DNA of 64,000 nucleotides, taken from contig NZ_JAYGIM010000007.1 of the NCBI RefSeq assembly GCF_034930985.1, forward strand, positions 221,383 through 285,382, given 5' to 3'. Position 1 is the stretch's first letter. Each line of letters starts with the position of its first letter. The stretch is from Arcicella lustrica. Lineage in GTDB: Bacteria; Bacteroidota; Bacteroidia; Cytophagales; Spirosomataceae. Below, one piece after another: positions 36,549 to 48,093 of the stretch. A program made the translations under genes and the position numbers. The notes under the pieces were generated by a model that was not told the origin of the DNA, ran no database searches, and saw nothing but the letters and a program-made list of their open reading frames with translations.

Positions 36549-39500
36549 ATGAATATTTCAGAATTATCTCTTAAAAGACCCGTATTTGCCACGGTGATGA
36601 ACGTCTTGATTATCCTTTTTGGGGTAGTTGGATTTTCGTTTTTGGCAGTAAGGGATTACCCTGCCATCGACCCGCCCATTGTTACCGTAAGGACTTCCTA
36701 CACTGGTGCGAACCCTGATATTATTGAAAACCAAATTACTGAACCGCTCGAAAAACAAATTAATGGTATTCCGGGTATTCGTTCAATTACTTCATCAAGT
36801 ACTTTAGGAAGTAGTTCTATTTCGGTGGAATTCAACTTAGATGTGCCTTTGGAAGCGGCAGCTAGTGATGTGCGTGATAAAGTAGCACAAGCCGTAAGAA
36901 GCTTGCCCCAAGATATTGATGCTCCGCCAGTAGTTTCTAAAGCAGATGCTAACAGTGATTTTATTTTGCTTTTGGCTATTCAAAGTAGAAGTAAAAGTTT
37001 GCTGGAATTGAGTGATTATGCAGAAAACGTTTTACAGCAACGTTTCCAAACCATCAATAATGTAAGTGGTGTAAATATTTTAGGACAGAAACGTTATGCC
37101 ATGCGTATTTGGTTGAAAACCGACCGCATGAATGCTTATGGCTTATCGTTCACAGATATTCAAACGGCTTTGGCTCGTGAAAACGTTGAATTACCAGCAG
37201 GTAAAATTTATGGTAGTAATACCGAAATGACGATTCGTGCTTTAGGAAGATTAACGACTGAACAACAATTTCGTGATTTAATTATCCGTGAAAGTATTAC
37301 TGGTATTGTGCGTTTGGGTGATATTGCAGACGTAGAATTAGGTCCTGAAACACTTGAACAAAGTTGGAAATACAATGGCGTTTACTCTGTGGGTTTGGCG
37401 GTTGTTCCTCAGCCCGGAGCGAATTACATTAAAATTGCAGATGAATTCAATAAACGTTTAGAAGAAATTCAGAAAGAAAACAAATCTGATATTCAGTTTA
37501 AATTATTAATTGATAACACCAAAAACGTTCGTCGTTCTTTGAAAGAAGTAGAAGAAACTTTGGTGATTTCATTTGGCTTGGTGGTTTTGGTAATTTTCTT
37601 CTTCTTCCGAAATTGGTTAATTGCGATTCGTCCATTGATTGATATTCCAATCTCTTTGATTGCTACTTTCTTTATCATGTACTTTTGCGGATTTACGATT
37701 AATGTATTGACATTACTTGGTATCGTATTAGCAACAGGTTTGGTAGTTGATGATGGGATTGTTGTGACAGAAAACATTTTCCGAAAATTAGAACAAGGCT
37801 TACCGATTCGAAAAGCGGCTTTGGAAGGAAGTAAAGAGATTTTCTTTGCCGTAATTTCTACTTCATTAACCCTTGCGGTGGTATTCCTTCCTGTTATTTT
37901 CTTAGAAGGTTTCGTAGGAAGTTTATTCCGTGAATTTGGTATTGTAGTTGCAGGTGCGGTATTGATTTCAGCCTTTGTTTCGCTAACCATTACGCCTGTA
38001 CTGAATGTTTATTTAACTCGTAAAAAAGCAGGGCATGGTTGGCTTTACGACAAAACCGAACCATTCTTTACGGGTATGGAAAGTGGCTACAAAAACATTT
38101 TGAAAGGCTTCATGAAAGTTCGTTGGGTAGCTTGGGTAATTGTAGTGGCTTGTGGTGTGTTAATTTGGCTTGCAGGCAAAAACTTACAAAGTGAAATTGC
38201 ACCGATGGAAGATAAAAGCAGTATCCGTTTTACGGTAAGCACTGCCGAAGGTTCAAGTTATTTATTTACTCAAAAGGTTTCGGATGAAGTAACGAATTTC
38301 TTGAATGATTCTATTCCTGAAAAAGACTTTGTGTTTAATGCTGTGCCGGGTTTTGGTGGAAATGGCGGAACAAACTCTTCTGCGGCTCGTATTGGTTTGG
38401 TTGACCCAGACCAAAGAACAAGAAGCCAAGATGAATTGACGAAGTTATTGAACAAAAAAATGAGCCGTTTTAACAACGCTCGTGTATTTGGTATCCAAGA
38501 ACAAACCATTTCAGTAGGTTTGGGTTCAAGAGGTAGTTTGCCCGTACAATTTGTATTACAAAACATTGATTTTGCGAAAATTAAAGAAGCGATTCCTAAG
38601 TTTTTGGACGAAGCTCGTAATGATAAAACCTTCCAAAACGTTGACGTAAACTTGAAATTCAACAAACCTGAAATTTTAATGACTTTCGACCGCATTAAAA
38701 TCAAGGATTTAGGTTTAACCACACAAGATGTTGTAAGTGCTGTTCAAGGTGCATTCAGTGGTAGAAGGTTAGCTTACTTTACGATGAATGGACGTCAATA
38801 CGAAGTAATTGCACAAGTAGAACGTAAAGAAAGAAAAGAACCTACAGATATTGAAAACCTTTTTGTAACTAACGCTCGTGGTGAAAGAATTCCTTTGAGT
38901 GCGGTGGTAAAATTGGAAGAAAGTAGTAATCCTTCAACATTATTTCACTTTAACCGTTTGAAATCGGCTACGATTTCGGCTTCATTGGCAGAAGGAAAAA
39001 CAATTGGTGATGGCGTAAAAGCCATGCAAGCCATTGCCGATAAAGTATTGGATAAATCTTTCCAAACGGCATTGAGTGGTCCTTCAAGAGATTATTCTGA
39101 AAGTTCTTCAAACACTGCTTTTGCTTTTGGTTTAGCTTTGGCTTTGATTTACTTGCTATTAGCCGCACAGTTTGAAAGTTTCAAAGATCCATTCACTATC
39201 ATGATTACGGTGCCTTTGGCTTTGGCAGGTGCATTGGGTAGTCTTTGGATATTCGGACAAACGTTGAATATTTTCTCGCAAATCGGGATGATTATGTTGA
39301 TTGGTTTGGTAACGAAAAACGGTATTTTGATTGTAGAATTTGCCAACCATAAACGTGCCGAAGGACTGTCAAGAATTGATGCTGTAGTAGAAGCTGCCAC
39401 GCAACGTTTGCGTCCGATTTTGATGACAAGTTTGGCTACTTCACTAGGAGCATTACCAATTGCCTTGAGCTTAGGAGCTGCTTCAACAAGCCGTATTCCT

Positions 39501-39635
39501 TTAGGAACTGTAGTTGTTGGCGGAATTTTATTCTCTTTAATCCTTACTCTAATTGTGATTCCAGCCGTTTACACATTTATCTCTAATAAAACTTACAAAA
39601 CGGAAGAATCTAAATTAGCGGAAGAATTAGGTTAA
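36549..39635 (+). CDS. RND multidrug efflux permease (AcrB/HAE1 family)
   Basis: 1028 aa, 12-TM architecture. 'VVDDGIVVTENI' and other AcrB signature segments. Confidence 0.85.
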   Translation: MNISELSLKRPVFATVMNVLIILFGVVGFSFLAVRDYPAIDPPIVTVRTSYTGANPDIIENQITEPLEKQINGIPGIRSITSSSTLGSSSISVEFNLDVPLEAAASDVRDKVAQAVRSLPQDIDAPPVVSKADANSDFILLLAIQSRSKSLLELSDYAENVLQQRFQTINNVSGVNILGQKRYAMRIWLKTDRMNAYGLSFTDIQTALARENVELPAGKIYGSNTEMTIRALGRLTTEQQFRDLIIRESITGIVRLGDIADVELGPETLEQSWKYNGVYSVGLAVVPQPGANYIKIADEFNKRLEEIQKENKSDIQFKLLIDNTKNVRRSLKEVEETLVISFGLVVLVIFFFFRNWLIAIRPLIDIPISLIATFFIMYFCGFTINVLTLLGIVLATGLVVDDGIVVTENIFRKLEQGLPIRKAALEGSKEIFFAVISTSLTLAVVFLPVIFLEGFVGSLFREFGIVVAGAVLISAFVSLTITPVLNVYLTRKKAGHGWLYDKTEPFFTGMESGYKNILKGFMKVRWVAWVIVVACGVLIWLAGKNLQSEIAPMEDKSSIRFTVSTAEGSSYLFTQKVSDEVTNFLNDSIPEKDFVFNAVPGFGGNGGTNSSAARIGLVDPDQRTRSQDELTKLLNKKMSRFNNARVFGIQEQTISVGLGSRGSLPVQFVLQNIDFAKIKEAIPKFLDEARNDKTFQNVDVNLKFNKPEILMTFDRIKIKDLGLTTQDVVSAVQGAFSGRRLAYFTMNGRQYEVIAQVERKERKEPTDIENLFVTNARGERIPLSAVVKLEESSNPSTLFHFNRLKSATISASLAEGKTIGDGVKAMQAIADKVLDKSFQTALSGPSRDYSESSSNTAFAFGLALALIYLLLAAQFESFKDPFTIMITVPLALAGALGSLWIFGQTLNIFSQIGMIMLIGLVTKNGILIVEFANHKRAEGLSRIDAVVEAATQRLRPILMTSLATSLGALPIALSLGAASTSRIPLGTVVVGGILFSLILTLIVIPAVYTFISNKTYKTEESKLAEELG

Positions 39636-39703
39636 GCAATGGTTTAACCTAATAAAAGAAAGGCTTACATGATAGGCTAATAATTTGAAAATCAACGAAA
39701 AAC

Positions 39704-41020
39704 ATGAGAATATTTCTTAAATATACTGTTCCTTTAGCGTTCTGTTTGTTGGTTACAGGCATTCATACGATTGTGGCTCAGCAACAAATTACACTAAGCC
39801 AAGCGATTGAAACAGCCTTAAAAAACAATTTGGATATTCAGATTTCAAAGAATACGCTTTCTGCGAATACTGTCAATAATTATATTGGTGTTGCAGGCGG
39901 TTTGCCAACGGTTACTGGGAGTTTCAATACAAATGAACAAGTAACTGGTTTGAACCAAGAACTAAGTAACGGAACAAGTACCAACAGAACAGGCGTGGTG
40001 TCGAACAATACCAATATGAGTGTTACGGCTACTATGATGTTGTATAATGGGGGTAGAGTAATGGCTACTAAAAAGCGTTTGGAAGAATTGCAAAAGCAAA
40101 GTCAAGAACAGGTCAATACAAGTGTCCAGAATGTCATTGCAGATGTGATGTTGAAGTATTTTGCAGTCGTACAACAGCAAAATTTTGTTGCTACATTACT
40201 CCAATCTATTGAAGTTTCAAAACAAAAACTTTCATTGATTGAAGCTCGTAAAAGTGTTGGTTTATCAAACGAAGCAGAATTCTTACAGGCGAGTTTAGAT
40301 TTGAATGCACAGACGCAAGCTTTACAAACACAAAAAATTGTGATTGAACAAAGCAAAGCAGATTTACTTCGTAGCTTGGTGTTGAATCCCAAAACAGTAA
40401 TTACGATTACAGATACAATTGAATTAGATAAAAGTCTTCAATGGGAAAGCATAGAAACTAATATCAAAAAGCATCCAAGTATTTTATCAGCAGAAGCACA
40501 AATTAATGTAAATCTTTTGTTAGAAAGAGAAGCCAATGCTAGACGTTACCCAACAGTCAATTTGAATACTGGTTATAACTACGGACGTAACCAAAGTGGT
40601 GCAGGTTTTACTTTATTAAACCAGACTTATGGACCATTTTTAGGACTAAACGCAAGTATTCCAATATATGCAGGAACAGCAAATACTCGCCAAGTACAAG
40701 TTGCCAAGATTAACACAGAAACGGCTCGTTTACAGAAAGAAGTAATTGCTCAGAATTTTCAGAATACTGCGGCAAAATCTTGGGAAGCTTATAGCAATAC
40801 TTTGCAGTTGATTGAATCGGAAAAACAAAATTATGAGTTGGCAGATAGATTATTGAAATTAATGAATCAACGTTTTCAATTAGGACAAGCCACCATTATT
40901 GATGTAAAACAAGCACAACAAAGTTTTGAAAACTCTGGCTATCGCCTGAATAATTTAAGCTACACAGCCAAAATAGCAGAGATTACTTTAAAGCAAATTG
41001 CTAGTCAGTTGGGTAATTAA
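39704..41020 (+). CDS. TolC-family outer membrane efflux protein
   Basis: Signal peptide, two tandem repeat halves. Lies in the RND operon. Confidence 0.8.
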   Translation: MRIFLKYTVPLAFCLLVTGIHTIVAQQQITLSQAIETALKNNLDIQISKNTLSANTVNNYIGVAGGLPTVTGSFNTNEQVTGLNQELSNGTSTNRTGVVSNNTNMSVTATMMLYNGGRVMATKKRLEELQKQSQEQVNTSVQNVIADVMLKYFAVVQQQNFVATLLQSIEVSKQKLSLIEARKSVGLSNEAEFLQASLDLNAQTQALQTQKIVIEQSKADLLRSLVLNPKTVITITDTIELDKSLQWESIETNIKKHPSILSAEAQINVNLLLEREANARRYPTVNLNTGYNYGRNQSGAGFTLLNQTYGPFLGLNASIPIYAGTANTRQVQVAKINTETARLQKEVIAQNFQNTAAKSWEAYSNTLQLIESEKQNYELADRLLKLMNQRFQLGQATIIDVKQAQQSFENSGYRLNNLSYTAKIAEITLKQIASQLGN

Positions 41021-41210
41021 TTTTTGATTGATATTGAAAATACGGGGCAGCCCTAATTTTCTCTTGAAATAGTAAGTTTTAAAGGATTTTAGAGATTTTT
41101 GGATTTGTTCTCGTCCTTACTTTTTGCCTTGATGCAAAAAGTAACAAAAAAATCAAGAATTCCTAAACTCGCTCCGCTCAAACAGTAGGAATTCGTTGCC
41201 CATCAATCAC

Positions 41211-41248
41211 AAAAAAGCGGTCGAAATTAATTTTTCGACCGCTTTTTT
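41211..41248. terminator. Bidirectional intrinsic terminator
   Basis: AAAAAAGCGGTCGAAA-TTAATT-TTTCGACCGCTTTTTT. Confidence 0.7.
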
Positions 41249-41277
41249 AATTTTTAAATTCGATATGACTCTTTTTT

Positions 41278-42699
41278 CTACAATTTCACACCCAACAAAT
41301 GCGGTCTTTCCTTTTCTATTTTCAACATTAGTTCGCCAAACAAAGTATTTGCCCAAGCAAACCATTTACGGGTAAATTTAGTAGCATCGTCTTTATCAAA
41401 AGACTCGTGCATAAAACCAGTATTGGCATGTGTCTTTTTCAAGAAACGTAATTGGGCTAAAATCTCTTGGTCGTTTGTGGAAGTCATCGCACGCATGATG
41501 ATACTCATAGGCCAAATCTGGTCAATTAAAGTATGCGGACTACCAACACCTTCGGCAGCCTTCCCTTTGAAGAAATAAGGGTTGTTTTCACTAAAGATAA
41601 ACTTGCGAGTATTCTGATAAATTGGGTCAGATAATTTCAAGGCTCCTAAATAGGGTAAAGCCATTAAATTTGGTACGTTGGCATCGTCTTGCAATAAACG
41701 GTTTCCGTATCCATCTACCTCCAAAGCATACATTTGTCCATAAACAGGATGCGTAATAATGGCATGCTTCTTCACTGCTTGTTCTACTTGACTAGCAAAA
41801 CCTGTGCATTCTTTGGCAAAAACTGTATCCTTATAAACCTTCGTAGCAATCTCCGCAATCTGACGGAAAGAAACGACTGCGAATAAGTTAGCAGGAATTA
41901 AATATGGAAAAGTAGTGGCATCATCAGATGGACGGAAAATGCTATTAATTAAACCATTTGGTTTTGTTGGGTTTCCATAACCATTCCCCGGCACAGTATC
42001 AGTTGACCAAGAAGTAGTTCTTCCAAAATGATATGGTCCTTTTCCATGAAAACGTTGTTGTTCTCTACAAGTAGCAATAATCAATTTGGCTGCTTTCAAC
42101 CATTTCTCATCAAAAATACTGGTATCGTTTGCTGTTTTCCAATAATGAAAAGCCAAACGAACGGTATAACATAATGAATCTAATTCCCATTTTCTTTCAT
42201 GCAATTCAGGTTTCATATCTGTATGGTCTGAAAGCCATTCAGATTTCCCTGGTCCATCGTTGAAAGCATTCGCATAAGGGTCAATCAAAATACATTCCGT
42301 TTGGCGGTTTACTACGCCTGCAATCAATGCTTTTAATTGTTCGTCTTCCTTGATTAAAGGCATATAAGGCCAAACTTGCGCCGTACTATCACGCAACCAC
42401 ATCGCATGAATATCGCCCGTTATGACAAAAGTATCAGGACGATTGTTTTTGATTTGGTAATTGACCGTCGTATCTAACGTATTCGGAAAACAGTTTTCAA
42501 ACATCCAAGCTACCTCTGCATCTTTGATGCTGGTTTTCATTCTTTTGATGGTTGCTTCAATGATTGGACTGCTAAATTTTCTTTGGCTCAATGGCACACG
42601 AACGGTAGGATATTCATTGGCAAAAACGGGAGAATTTGCCAGTAAACCAGCACTTGCAATAGACGAAGCTTTGATAAATGTTCTTCGATTAATGTTCAT
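41278..42699 (-). CDS. Tat-exported glycoside hydrolase, putatively GH125 (DUF1237, exo-alpha-1,6-mannosidase-like)
   Basis: 'RRTFIKASSIASAGLLA' twin-arginine signal. 'HAMWLRDSTAQVW' region. The family assignment is from memory and is unverified. Confidence 0.45.
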   Translation of the reverse strand: MNINRRTFIKASSIASAGLLANSPVFANEYPTVRVPLSQRKFSSPIIEATIKRMKTSIKDAEVAWMFENCFPNTLDTTVNYQIKNNRPDTFVITGDIHAMWLRDSTAQVWPYMPLIKEDEQLKALIAGVVNRQTECILIDPYANAFNDGPGKSEWLSDHTDMKPELHERKWELDSLCYTVRLAFHYWKTANDTSIFDEKWLKAAKLIIATCREQQRFHGKGPYHFGRTTSWSTDTVPGNGYGNPTKPNGLINSIFRPSDDATTFPYLIPANLFAVVSFRQIAEIATKVYKDTVFAKECTGFASQVEQAVKKHAIITHPVYGQMYALEVDGYGNRLLQDDANVPNLMALPYLGALKLSDPIYQNTRKFIFSENNPYFFKGKAAEGVGSPHTLIDQIWPMSIIMRAMTSTNDQEILAQLRFLKKTHANTGFMHESFDKDDATKFTRKWFAWANTLFGELMLKIEKERPHLLGVKL

Positions 42700-42896
42700 A
42701 AACTTATTGTTTTATAATTGTATTGAATTGGATAAGCCTTCAATATCGATGTTTTTTTAAGTCTATCTGACCTTTTTTGTAAAGATAGAATTTTAGATTA
42801 GTACTCAATAATACTGATGGTTTTAGTAACAACTATAAACTCATCCATCCTGTAGGGATTCTATATTGGTAATATAGATAAAACAGCGATTGAACC

Positions 42897-42940
42897 CCAA
42901 GTTCCGTAGGAACGAAATATAATGTTCCTACGGAACACTG
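42897..42940. repeat. REP-like palindrome GTTCCGTAGGAAC-GAAATATAAT-GTTCCTACGGAAC
   Basis: Read directly. A related word GTTCCGCTAGGAACGG occurs at 27098. Confidence 0.6.
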
Positions 42941-43204
42941 ATGGGATTATATCATTAATTTCCTAGCGATATTTTACTCCTGACGGAGTTGTCTTTGTAA
43001 AAAACAAAAAGTCTAAGAAACCCACCAATCTATCTTTTTCATAGCCAAATCCATCAAAAAGAACCAACAAGCTATCTTTTTAACGCAATTTCCGTATAAA
43101 ACCGCAAATTAAAATAAGAGGAAATTGGAGCTATTTACATCCTTGCAAAAAGCGATAACTTTGGCTAAGGTTTGTAGGAATAGTAGGTTTGGGTTTTAAG
43201 CTTT

Positions 43205-44662
43205 TTATTTTCGGATGAGTTGATGGAAAATAGAAAACAGACTTACGGAAGCAAAACCGAAGGTAAACATGGTGTGGAAAAACATTAATTGATAGTCCTG
43301 AAATTGCCCGTCTCGAAAAGATGCCCAGCCGAAAAATAACATCAAAAACAATTCTATGATGGTTAAACTGCTGATTGTGCCTGATAGATATTTGTTACTT
43401 GTCCACGATGTACTTTGGTTGACAATGTTAAATTTAGGAGTACGCACAAATGGTGTTTTTCTACCAAAATAGCCTTCTAGTACTGCTAAAGAATTATGCA
43501 GCGAAAGCCCCATCATAAAAGATAGGAACAAAGGAAATTTTATCAAAAAGACAGTAAAATGGACAAACTTTCGGTTTCCAAACCAATAAAAAATGGCTAA
43601 AAACACTAAGCTTATCTGGAAAAAGCCAATCAACTGAAAGTAAAAATGGTATTGATTTGAATTTTTAACGATGCTTTGAATAGCTACACTTAGTACCGAT
43701 AAGGTCAACATACAAATAAAAGCGGCTGAATTCAAGAGGTGAAAAAAAGCGTGAATTTTAGTAGTGAATGAAATATTTGTAGCCTTCAATACATTCCATA
43801 AATGTTTGCGAGCACATTCTGCCGCACCCTTCGACCAACGTCTTTGTTGGGTTTTCAGGGCATTCATTTCAATGGGTAATTCTGCGGGAGAGGCTAATGC
43901 TTCTAAATAATGAAATTTCCAACCTTTCAATTGCGCCCGATAGCTTAAATCTAGGTCTTCTGTAAGGGTATCTGCCGACCATCCGCCTGCATCATTGATG
44001 GTATTTTTTCTCCAAACACCAGCAGTTCCATTAAAATTGATAAAATGCCCACCAAAATTCCTCCCCACTTGTTCTACACTGAAGTGTGCATCTAAACCAA
44101 AAGCTTGCAAATCGGTAATCATCGAAAAGCTTCGATTGAGGTGTGTCCAATGTGTTTGTACCATTCCAATCTTTTCATCTTGAAAGTATGGGATTGTCTT
44201 TTCCAAAAAGGTTTTATCAGGTAGAAAATCGGCATCAAAAATGGCAATGAATTCACCTTTGGCAATCAATAATCCTTCTGCCAAAGCACCTGCTTTAAAT
44301 CCAACACGATTATTTCGCCTGATATGCACAAGGTCAAAACCCAAATTTTGGTAGTATTTTATCCTTTCTGAGATTATTTCAGTGGTTTCGTCGGTAGAAT
44401 CGTCTAAAATTTGAATTTCTAAGCATTCTTTAGGATAGTTGATTGCACAAACGGCATCAATCAAACGTTCTACGACATAAAGCTCATTAAAAATGGGTAA
44501 TTGAATTGTTATAAATGGTTGGGAAGACTGATTGTTTGCTGAAATACTTTGTGTTTTCCGATGTGCCAAAAGATATAAGCGTACTAAATCAAGCTGTATG
44601 AGACTATAACAGAAAACAAATAAGAGGGGAATTGTATAGAGGATGATGATGAGTTTGTCCAA
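43205..44662 (-). CDS. Family-2 glycosyltransferase, processive type (cellulose-synthase-like) with C-terminal TM helices
   Basis: 'DDSTDET', 'FDADF' (DxD) and 'QQRRWSKG' (QxxRW) motifs. Confidence 0.8.
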   Translation of the reverse strand: MDKLIIILYTIPLLFVFCYSLIQLDLVRLYLLAHRKTQSISANNQSSQPFITIQLPIFNELYVVERLIDAVCAINYPKECLEIQILDDSTDETTEIISERIKYYQNLGFDLVHIRRNNRVGFKAGALAEGLLIAKGEFIAIFDADFLPDKTFLEKTIPYFQDEKIGMVQTHWTHLNRSFSMITDLQAFGLDAHFSVEQVGRNFGGHFINFNGTAGVWRKNTINDAGGWSADTLTEDLDLSYRAQLKGWKFHYLEALASPAELPIEMNALKTQQRRWSKGAAECARKHLWNVLKATNISFTTKIHAFFHLLNSAAFICMLTLSVLSVAIQSIVKNSNQYHFYFQLIGFFQISLVFLAIFYWFGNRKFVHFTVFLIKFPLFLSFMMGLSLHNSLAVLEGYFGRKTPFVRTPKFNIVNQSTSWTSNKYLSGTISSLTIIELFLMLFFGWASFRDGQFQDYQLMFFHTMFTFGFASVSLFSIFHQLIRK

Positions 44663-44664
44663 AA

Positions 44665-45351
44665 TTATAGATACTTAAAAATCCAACTTAAAATTTTATA
44701 GCCCGCCATGATTGTCCCTTTCAGCGTTCCAGAAACTTTAGAAACTCCAATTCTTGAGCGATAATTAACGGGTACTTCAACCACTTTTAGCTTCATTTTG
44801 GCGGCTTTCAATTGCATTTCTACCGTCCAGCCATAAGTAGTGTCTTGCATTTTCATGGCGATGAGCTTTTCAAAAGTAATCGCTCTGAAAGGACCTAAAT
44901 CTGTATAAGTAACCCCGTAAAATATTTTTATCAGATTGGTAGCAAGCCAATTACCAAAAATTTGTTGTGGAGTCATTGAGCCTCTTTCTCGTTTTCCTAA
45001 AGCTCTCGAACCAATGACCATGTCAAAATTTTGTTCGATAATAGGTTTAATTACTGCCGACATTTCTTCTGGATAGTCAGAATGGTCAGCATCCATAAAA
45101 ACCACAATATCTGGCAAGATGTTTTGCTGTTTACAATAGTCAATTCCCTTCAAACAAGCCCAGCCGTAACCTTGTCGGTTTTCGTTTAACACTGTTGCTC
45201 CGGCTTCTTTGGCAATTTGGGCAGTTTGGTCATTAGAATTGTTATTTACAACAATGATTTCAGCGACCAAGTGCTTAGGAATTTCACGAATTACAATCCC
45301 AACCGCATTTTCTTCGTTAAAAGCAGGAATAATGACAACTATTTTTTTCAT
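44665..45351 (-). CDS. Family-2 glycosyltransferase (polyprenyl-phosphate sugar transferase-like)
   Basis: 'VVIIPAFNEE', 'DADHSD' motifs. 228 aa. Confidence 0.75.
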   Translation of the reverse strand: MKKIVVIIPAFNEENAVGIVIREIPKHLVAEIIVVNNNSNDQTAQIAKEAGATVLNENRQGYGWACLKGIDYCKQQNILPDIVVFMDADHSDYPEEMSAVIKPIIEQNFDMVIGSRALGKRERGSMTPQQIFGNWLATNLIKIFYGVTYTDLGPFRAITFEKLIAMKMQDTTYGWTVEMQLKAAKMKLKVVEVPVNYRSRIGVSKVSGTLKGTIMAGYKILSWIFKYL

Positions 45352-45486
45352 GGTATTACAAAGATAAACCTTGAAAATTGAGTTTTTTTAGGATTTCCTT
45401 GATTAATATTGTGTTAAATTATGAGTTGTCTATCTAATTGACTGTAGTATAACCGCCAACTACTACACTAATCACAATAACATATC

Positions 45487-46284
45487 TTGAAAATTTCATT
45501 TATTGGTTCTGGAAACGTAGCTTGGCATCTATCTCAAGCACTTGAAAACATAGGTCATAGTGTAGAGGAAGTATATAGCCGTAACCCTAAACATACTGAG
45601 GCACTTACAAAAGTGCTTTACAATGCAAACGCCCATGATTCGTTGGACTTTAGAAATTCCAATGCTCAATTATTTTTTCTTTGCGTTTCTGATGATGCTA
45701 TTGCCGAAGTTATTAAACATTTGATGCTTCCACTAGATGCAATACTTATCCACACTTCTGGGAGTAAGTCGCTTCACGACATGGATGAATTACTCCGTGT
45801 TTATAGCGATATTCCTATCAAAACTGGAGTATTTTACCCTGTTCAGACCTTCTCTAAAACGTTTCACGTGGATTTTAATACAATTCCTATCTGTATTGAA
45901 TCAGAAAATGAGGCTGTGGAAAACATGTTGATAACTCTTGGTCAAGAACTTTCAGACATTACTTATGCTGTTAATTCAGAAGAAAGAAGGATACTTCATG
46001 TCTCAGCAGTATTTGCTTGTAACTTCACCAATCACCTCTTAGGAATTGCTCAAGAACTACTAGAAGAAAACGATTTAGAGTTTGAATTATTAAAACCGTT
46101 GATTAAAGAAACTTTCAAAAAAGCCATAGATGCTAAGAGCATTTTTAAAGTACAAACAGGGCCTGCCGTTCGGGGTGATCAAAAAATTCTTAATCAACAT
46201 TTACTTTTCTTGAAACAACAGCCCGACTATCAACATATTTATCGAGCTTTATCCGAAGGGATTGCTCATCAAAGAGACAAATGA
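45487..46284 (+). CDS. Rossmann-like / DUF2520 domain protein
   Basis: 'ISFIGSGNVAWHL' NAD(P)-binding motif. Confidence 0.55.
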   Translation: MKISFIGSGNVAWHLSQALENIGHSVEEVYSRNPKHTEALTKVLYNANAHDSLDFRNSNAQLFFLCVSDDAIAEVIKHLMLPLDAILIHTSGSKSLHDMDELLRVYSDIPIKTGVFYPVQTFSKTFHVDFNTIPICIESENEAVENMLITLGQELSDITYAVNSEERRILHVSAVFACNFTNHLLGIAQELLEENDLEFELLKPLIKETFKKAIDAKSIFKVQTGPAVRGDQKILNQHLLFLKQQPDYQHIYRALSEGIAHQRDK

Positions 46285-46790
46285 ATTTAGAAGCTTTTAA
46301 AAAAATTACCACTTTCGTCTTTGATATTGATGGTGTTATGACCGACGGTTCGGTACACGTACTTGAAACTGGCGAACATTATCGTACTTTCCATATCAGA
46401 GATGGTTATGCCATCGAACGAGCGGTACAGGCTGGTTATCGTATTTGTGTGATTACTGGCGGAAAACACGAAGGTGTACGCAAAAGATTACAGAACCTGA
46501 AAATTCACTATGTCTTTATGGGTTCTGGCGGAAAAAGTAAATTACAGATTTATCAAGATTGGCTTGCTAATGTAGAAATTCCAGAAGAGAATATTTTATA
46601 CATGGGCGACGATTTACCCGATTATGAAGTAATGCTTCGTCCAGATATTTTTGCTACTTGCCCTGCTGATGCCTGTGAAGAGATTCTATCTATCGCCAAT
46701 TATGTTTCTCCACAAAAAGGAGGAAAAGGTGCTGTAAGAGATGTTATTGAACAAGTAATGCGTGCAAAAGGAGAGTGGTTGAAGTTTTAG
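46281..46790 (+). CDS. kdsC: 3-deoxy-D-manno-octulosonate 8-phosphate phosphatase (HAD superfamily)
   Basis: 'VFDIDGVMTDG' HAD motif I. 169 aa. Confidence 0.75.
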   Translation: MNLEAFKKITTFVFDIDGVMTDGSVHVLETGEHYRTFHIRDGYAIERAVQAGYRICVITGGKHEGVRKRLQNLKIHYVFMGSGGKSKLQIYQDWLANVEIPEENILYMGDDLPDYEVMLRPDIFATCPADACEEILSIANYVSPQKGGKGAVRDVIEQVMRAKGEWLKF

Positions 46791-46845
46791 GATTAGCTTG
46801 TAGCTATGAGTGATGAGATTTGAGCGATATGAATTAATAAATTAG

Positions 46846-46881
46846 AAAGGCTTTCCCTGAAAACAGAGAAAGCCTTTTTAA
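46846..46881. terminator. Bidirectional intrinsic terminator (kdsC / trpB convergent)
   Basis: AAAGGCTTTC-loop-GAAAGCCTTTTT. Confidence 0.65.
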
Positions 46882-46902
46882 TACTAACAAATTATCAATC
46901 AA

Positions 46903-48093
46903 TTACTTGACATATTTTTGATACGTTTCTAAATCTTTATCACCACGCCCAGAAAGATTAATTACTACTACTTCATTAGGTTTTGCTCCTAATTTTGGTA
47001 AAACTGCTAAAGCGTGGGCTGATTCTAAGGCTGGAATAATTCCTTCTAATAAAGAAAGCTCCATTGCTGCATCAATTGCTTCTTGGTCTGTAACGTCAAA
47101 GAAGGTAGCTCTTTTACTTTCAAATAAATGAGCGTGCATTGGTCCAATTCCCGGATAATCCAAACCTGCTGAAATAGAATGTGGTTCAACTACTTGTCCA
47201 TCTTCCGTTTGCATTAAAATACTTCTGCTTCCATGCAAAACTCCTGGTTTTCCTAAGAAAGTAGTCGCTGCCGACATGCCAGAATTAATACCATGACCTG
47301 CTGCTTCTGCGGCAATTAATTTTGTTTCTTCGTCGTGTAAGAAATGATAAAACGCACCCGCTGCATTAGAACCTCCACCTACGCAAGCAATTACATAATC
47401 TGGATTTGTTTTACCTGTTTTCTCTTCTAACTGCCATTTAATTTCTTCGGAAATCACCGACTGAAAACGAGCAACCATATCTGGATAGGGGTGAGGACCC
47501 ACTACCGAACCAATGATATAATGCGTATCAACAGGATTATTAATCCAGTGACGCATGGCTTCGTTGGTAGCATCTTTTAATGTTTTTGAACCGCTAGTTG
47601 CTGGTACTACTTTAGCTCCTAGCATTTTCATACGTGCCACGTTTGGTGCCTGACGCTGAATGTCTATTTCCCCCATGTAAACGATACATTCTAAGCCCAT
47701 TAAAGCACAAACCGTAGCAGTTGCCACTCCGTGTTGACCAGCACCTGTTTCAGCAACAATTTTATGTTTGCCCAAACGCTTTGCCATTAATATTTGCCCG
47801 ATGGTATTATTTACTTTATGAGCACCCGTATGGCAAAGGTCTTCTCTTTTTAAATAAATCGTTGTATTATATTTTTCAGAAAGACGTTTTGCCAAAAATA
47901 AAGGAGTAGGACGCCCTACATAATCTTTCAAAAGAGCATTAAATTCTTCTTTGAAAGAAGGCTCTTCCATGATACTGAGATAAGAGACTCTTAATTCTTC
48001 CACGTTGGGATACAACATTTCAGGAATAAATGCTCCACCAAATTGTCCGTAATATCCTTTTTCGTTTACGTTATATATTTCTGGTGCTATCAT
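46903..48093 (-). CDS. trpB: Tryptophan synthase beta chain
   Basis: 'HTGAHKVNN' PLP-lysine motif, 'GGGSNA'. 396 aa. Confidence 0.85.
   Translation of the reverse strand: MIAPEIYNVNEKGYYGQFGGAFIPEMLYPNVEELRVSYLSIMEEPSFKEEFNALLKDYVGRPTPLFLAKRLSEKYNTTIYLKREDLCHTGAHKVNNTIGQILMAKRLGKHKIVAETGAGQHGVATATVCALMGLECIVYMGEIDIQRQAPNVARMKMLGAKVVPATSGSKTLKDATNEAMRHWINNPVDTHYIIGSVVGPHPYPDMVARFQSVISEEIKWQLEEKTGKTNPDYVIACVGGGSNAAGAFYHFLHDEETKLIAAEAAGHGINSGMSAATTFLGKPGVLHGSRSILMQTEDGQVVEPHSISAGLDYPGIGPMHAHLFESKRATFFDVTDQEAIDAAMELSLLEGIIPALESAHALAVLPKLGAKPNEVVVINLSGRGDKDLETYQKYVK

Noticed and set aside
37493-39400. Antisense ORFs within the RND permease gene
   Set aside because: Shadow ORFs in a long, conserved transporter gene.
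42700-43204. Possible riboswitch/ncRNA in the 500-bp spacer upstream of the GT2 operon
   Set aside because: Only a REP-like palindrome and a short direct repeat (GGGATTNTAT) are visible. There is no match to any riboswitch consensus I can recall.
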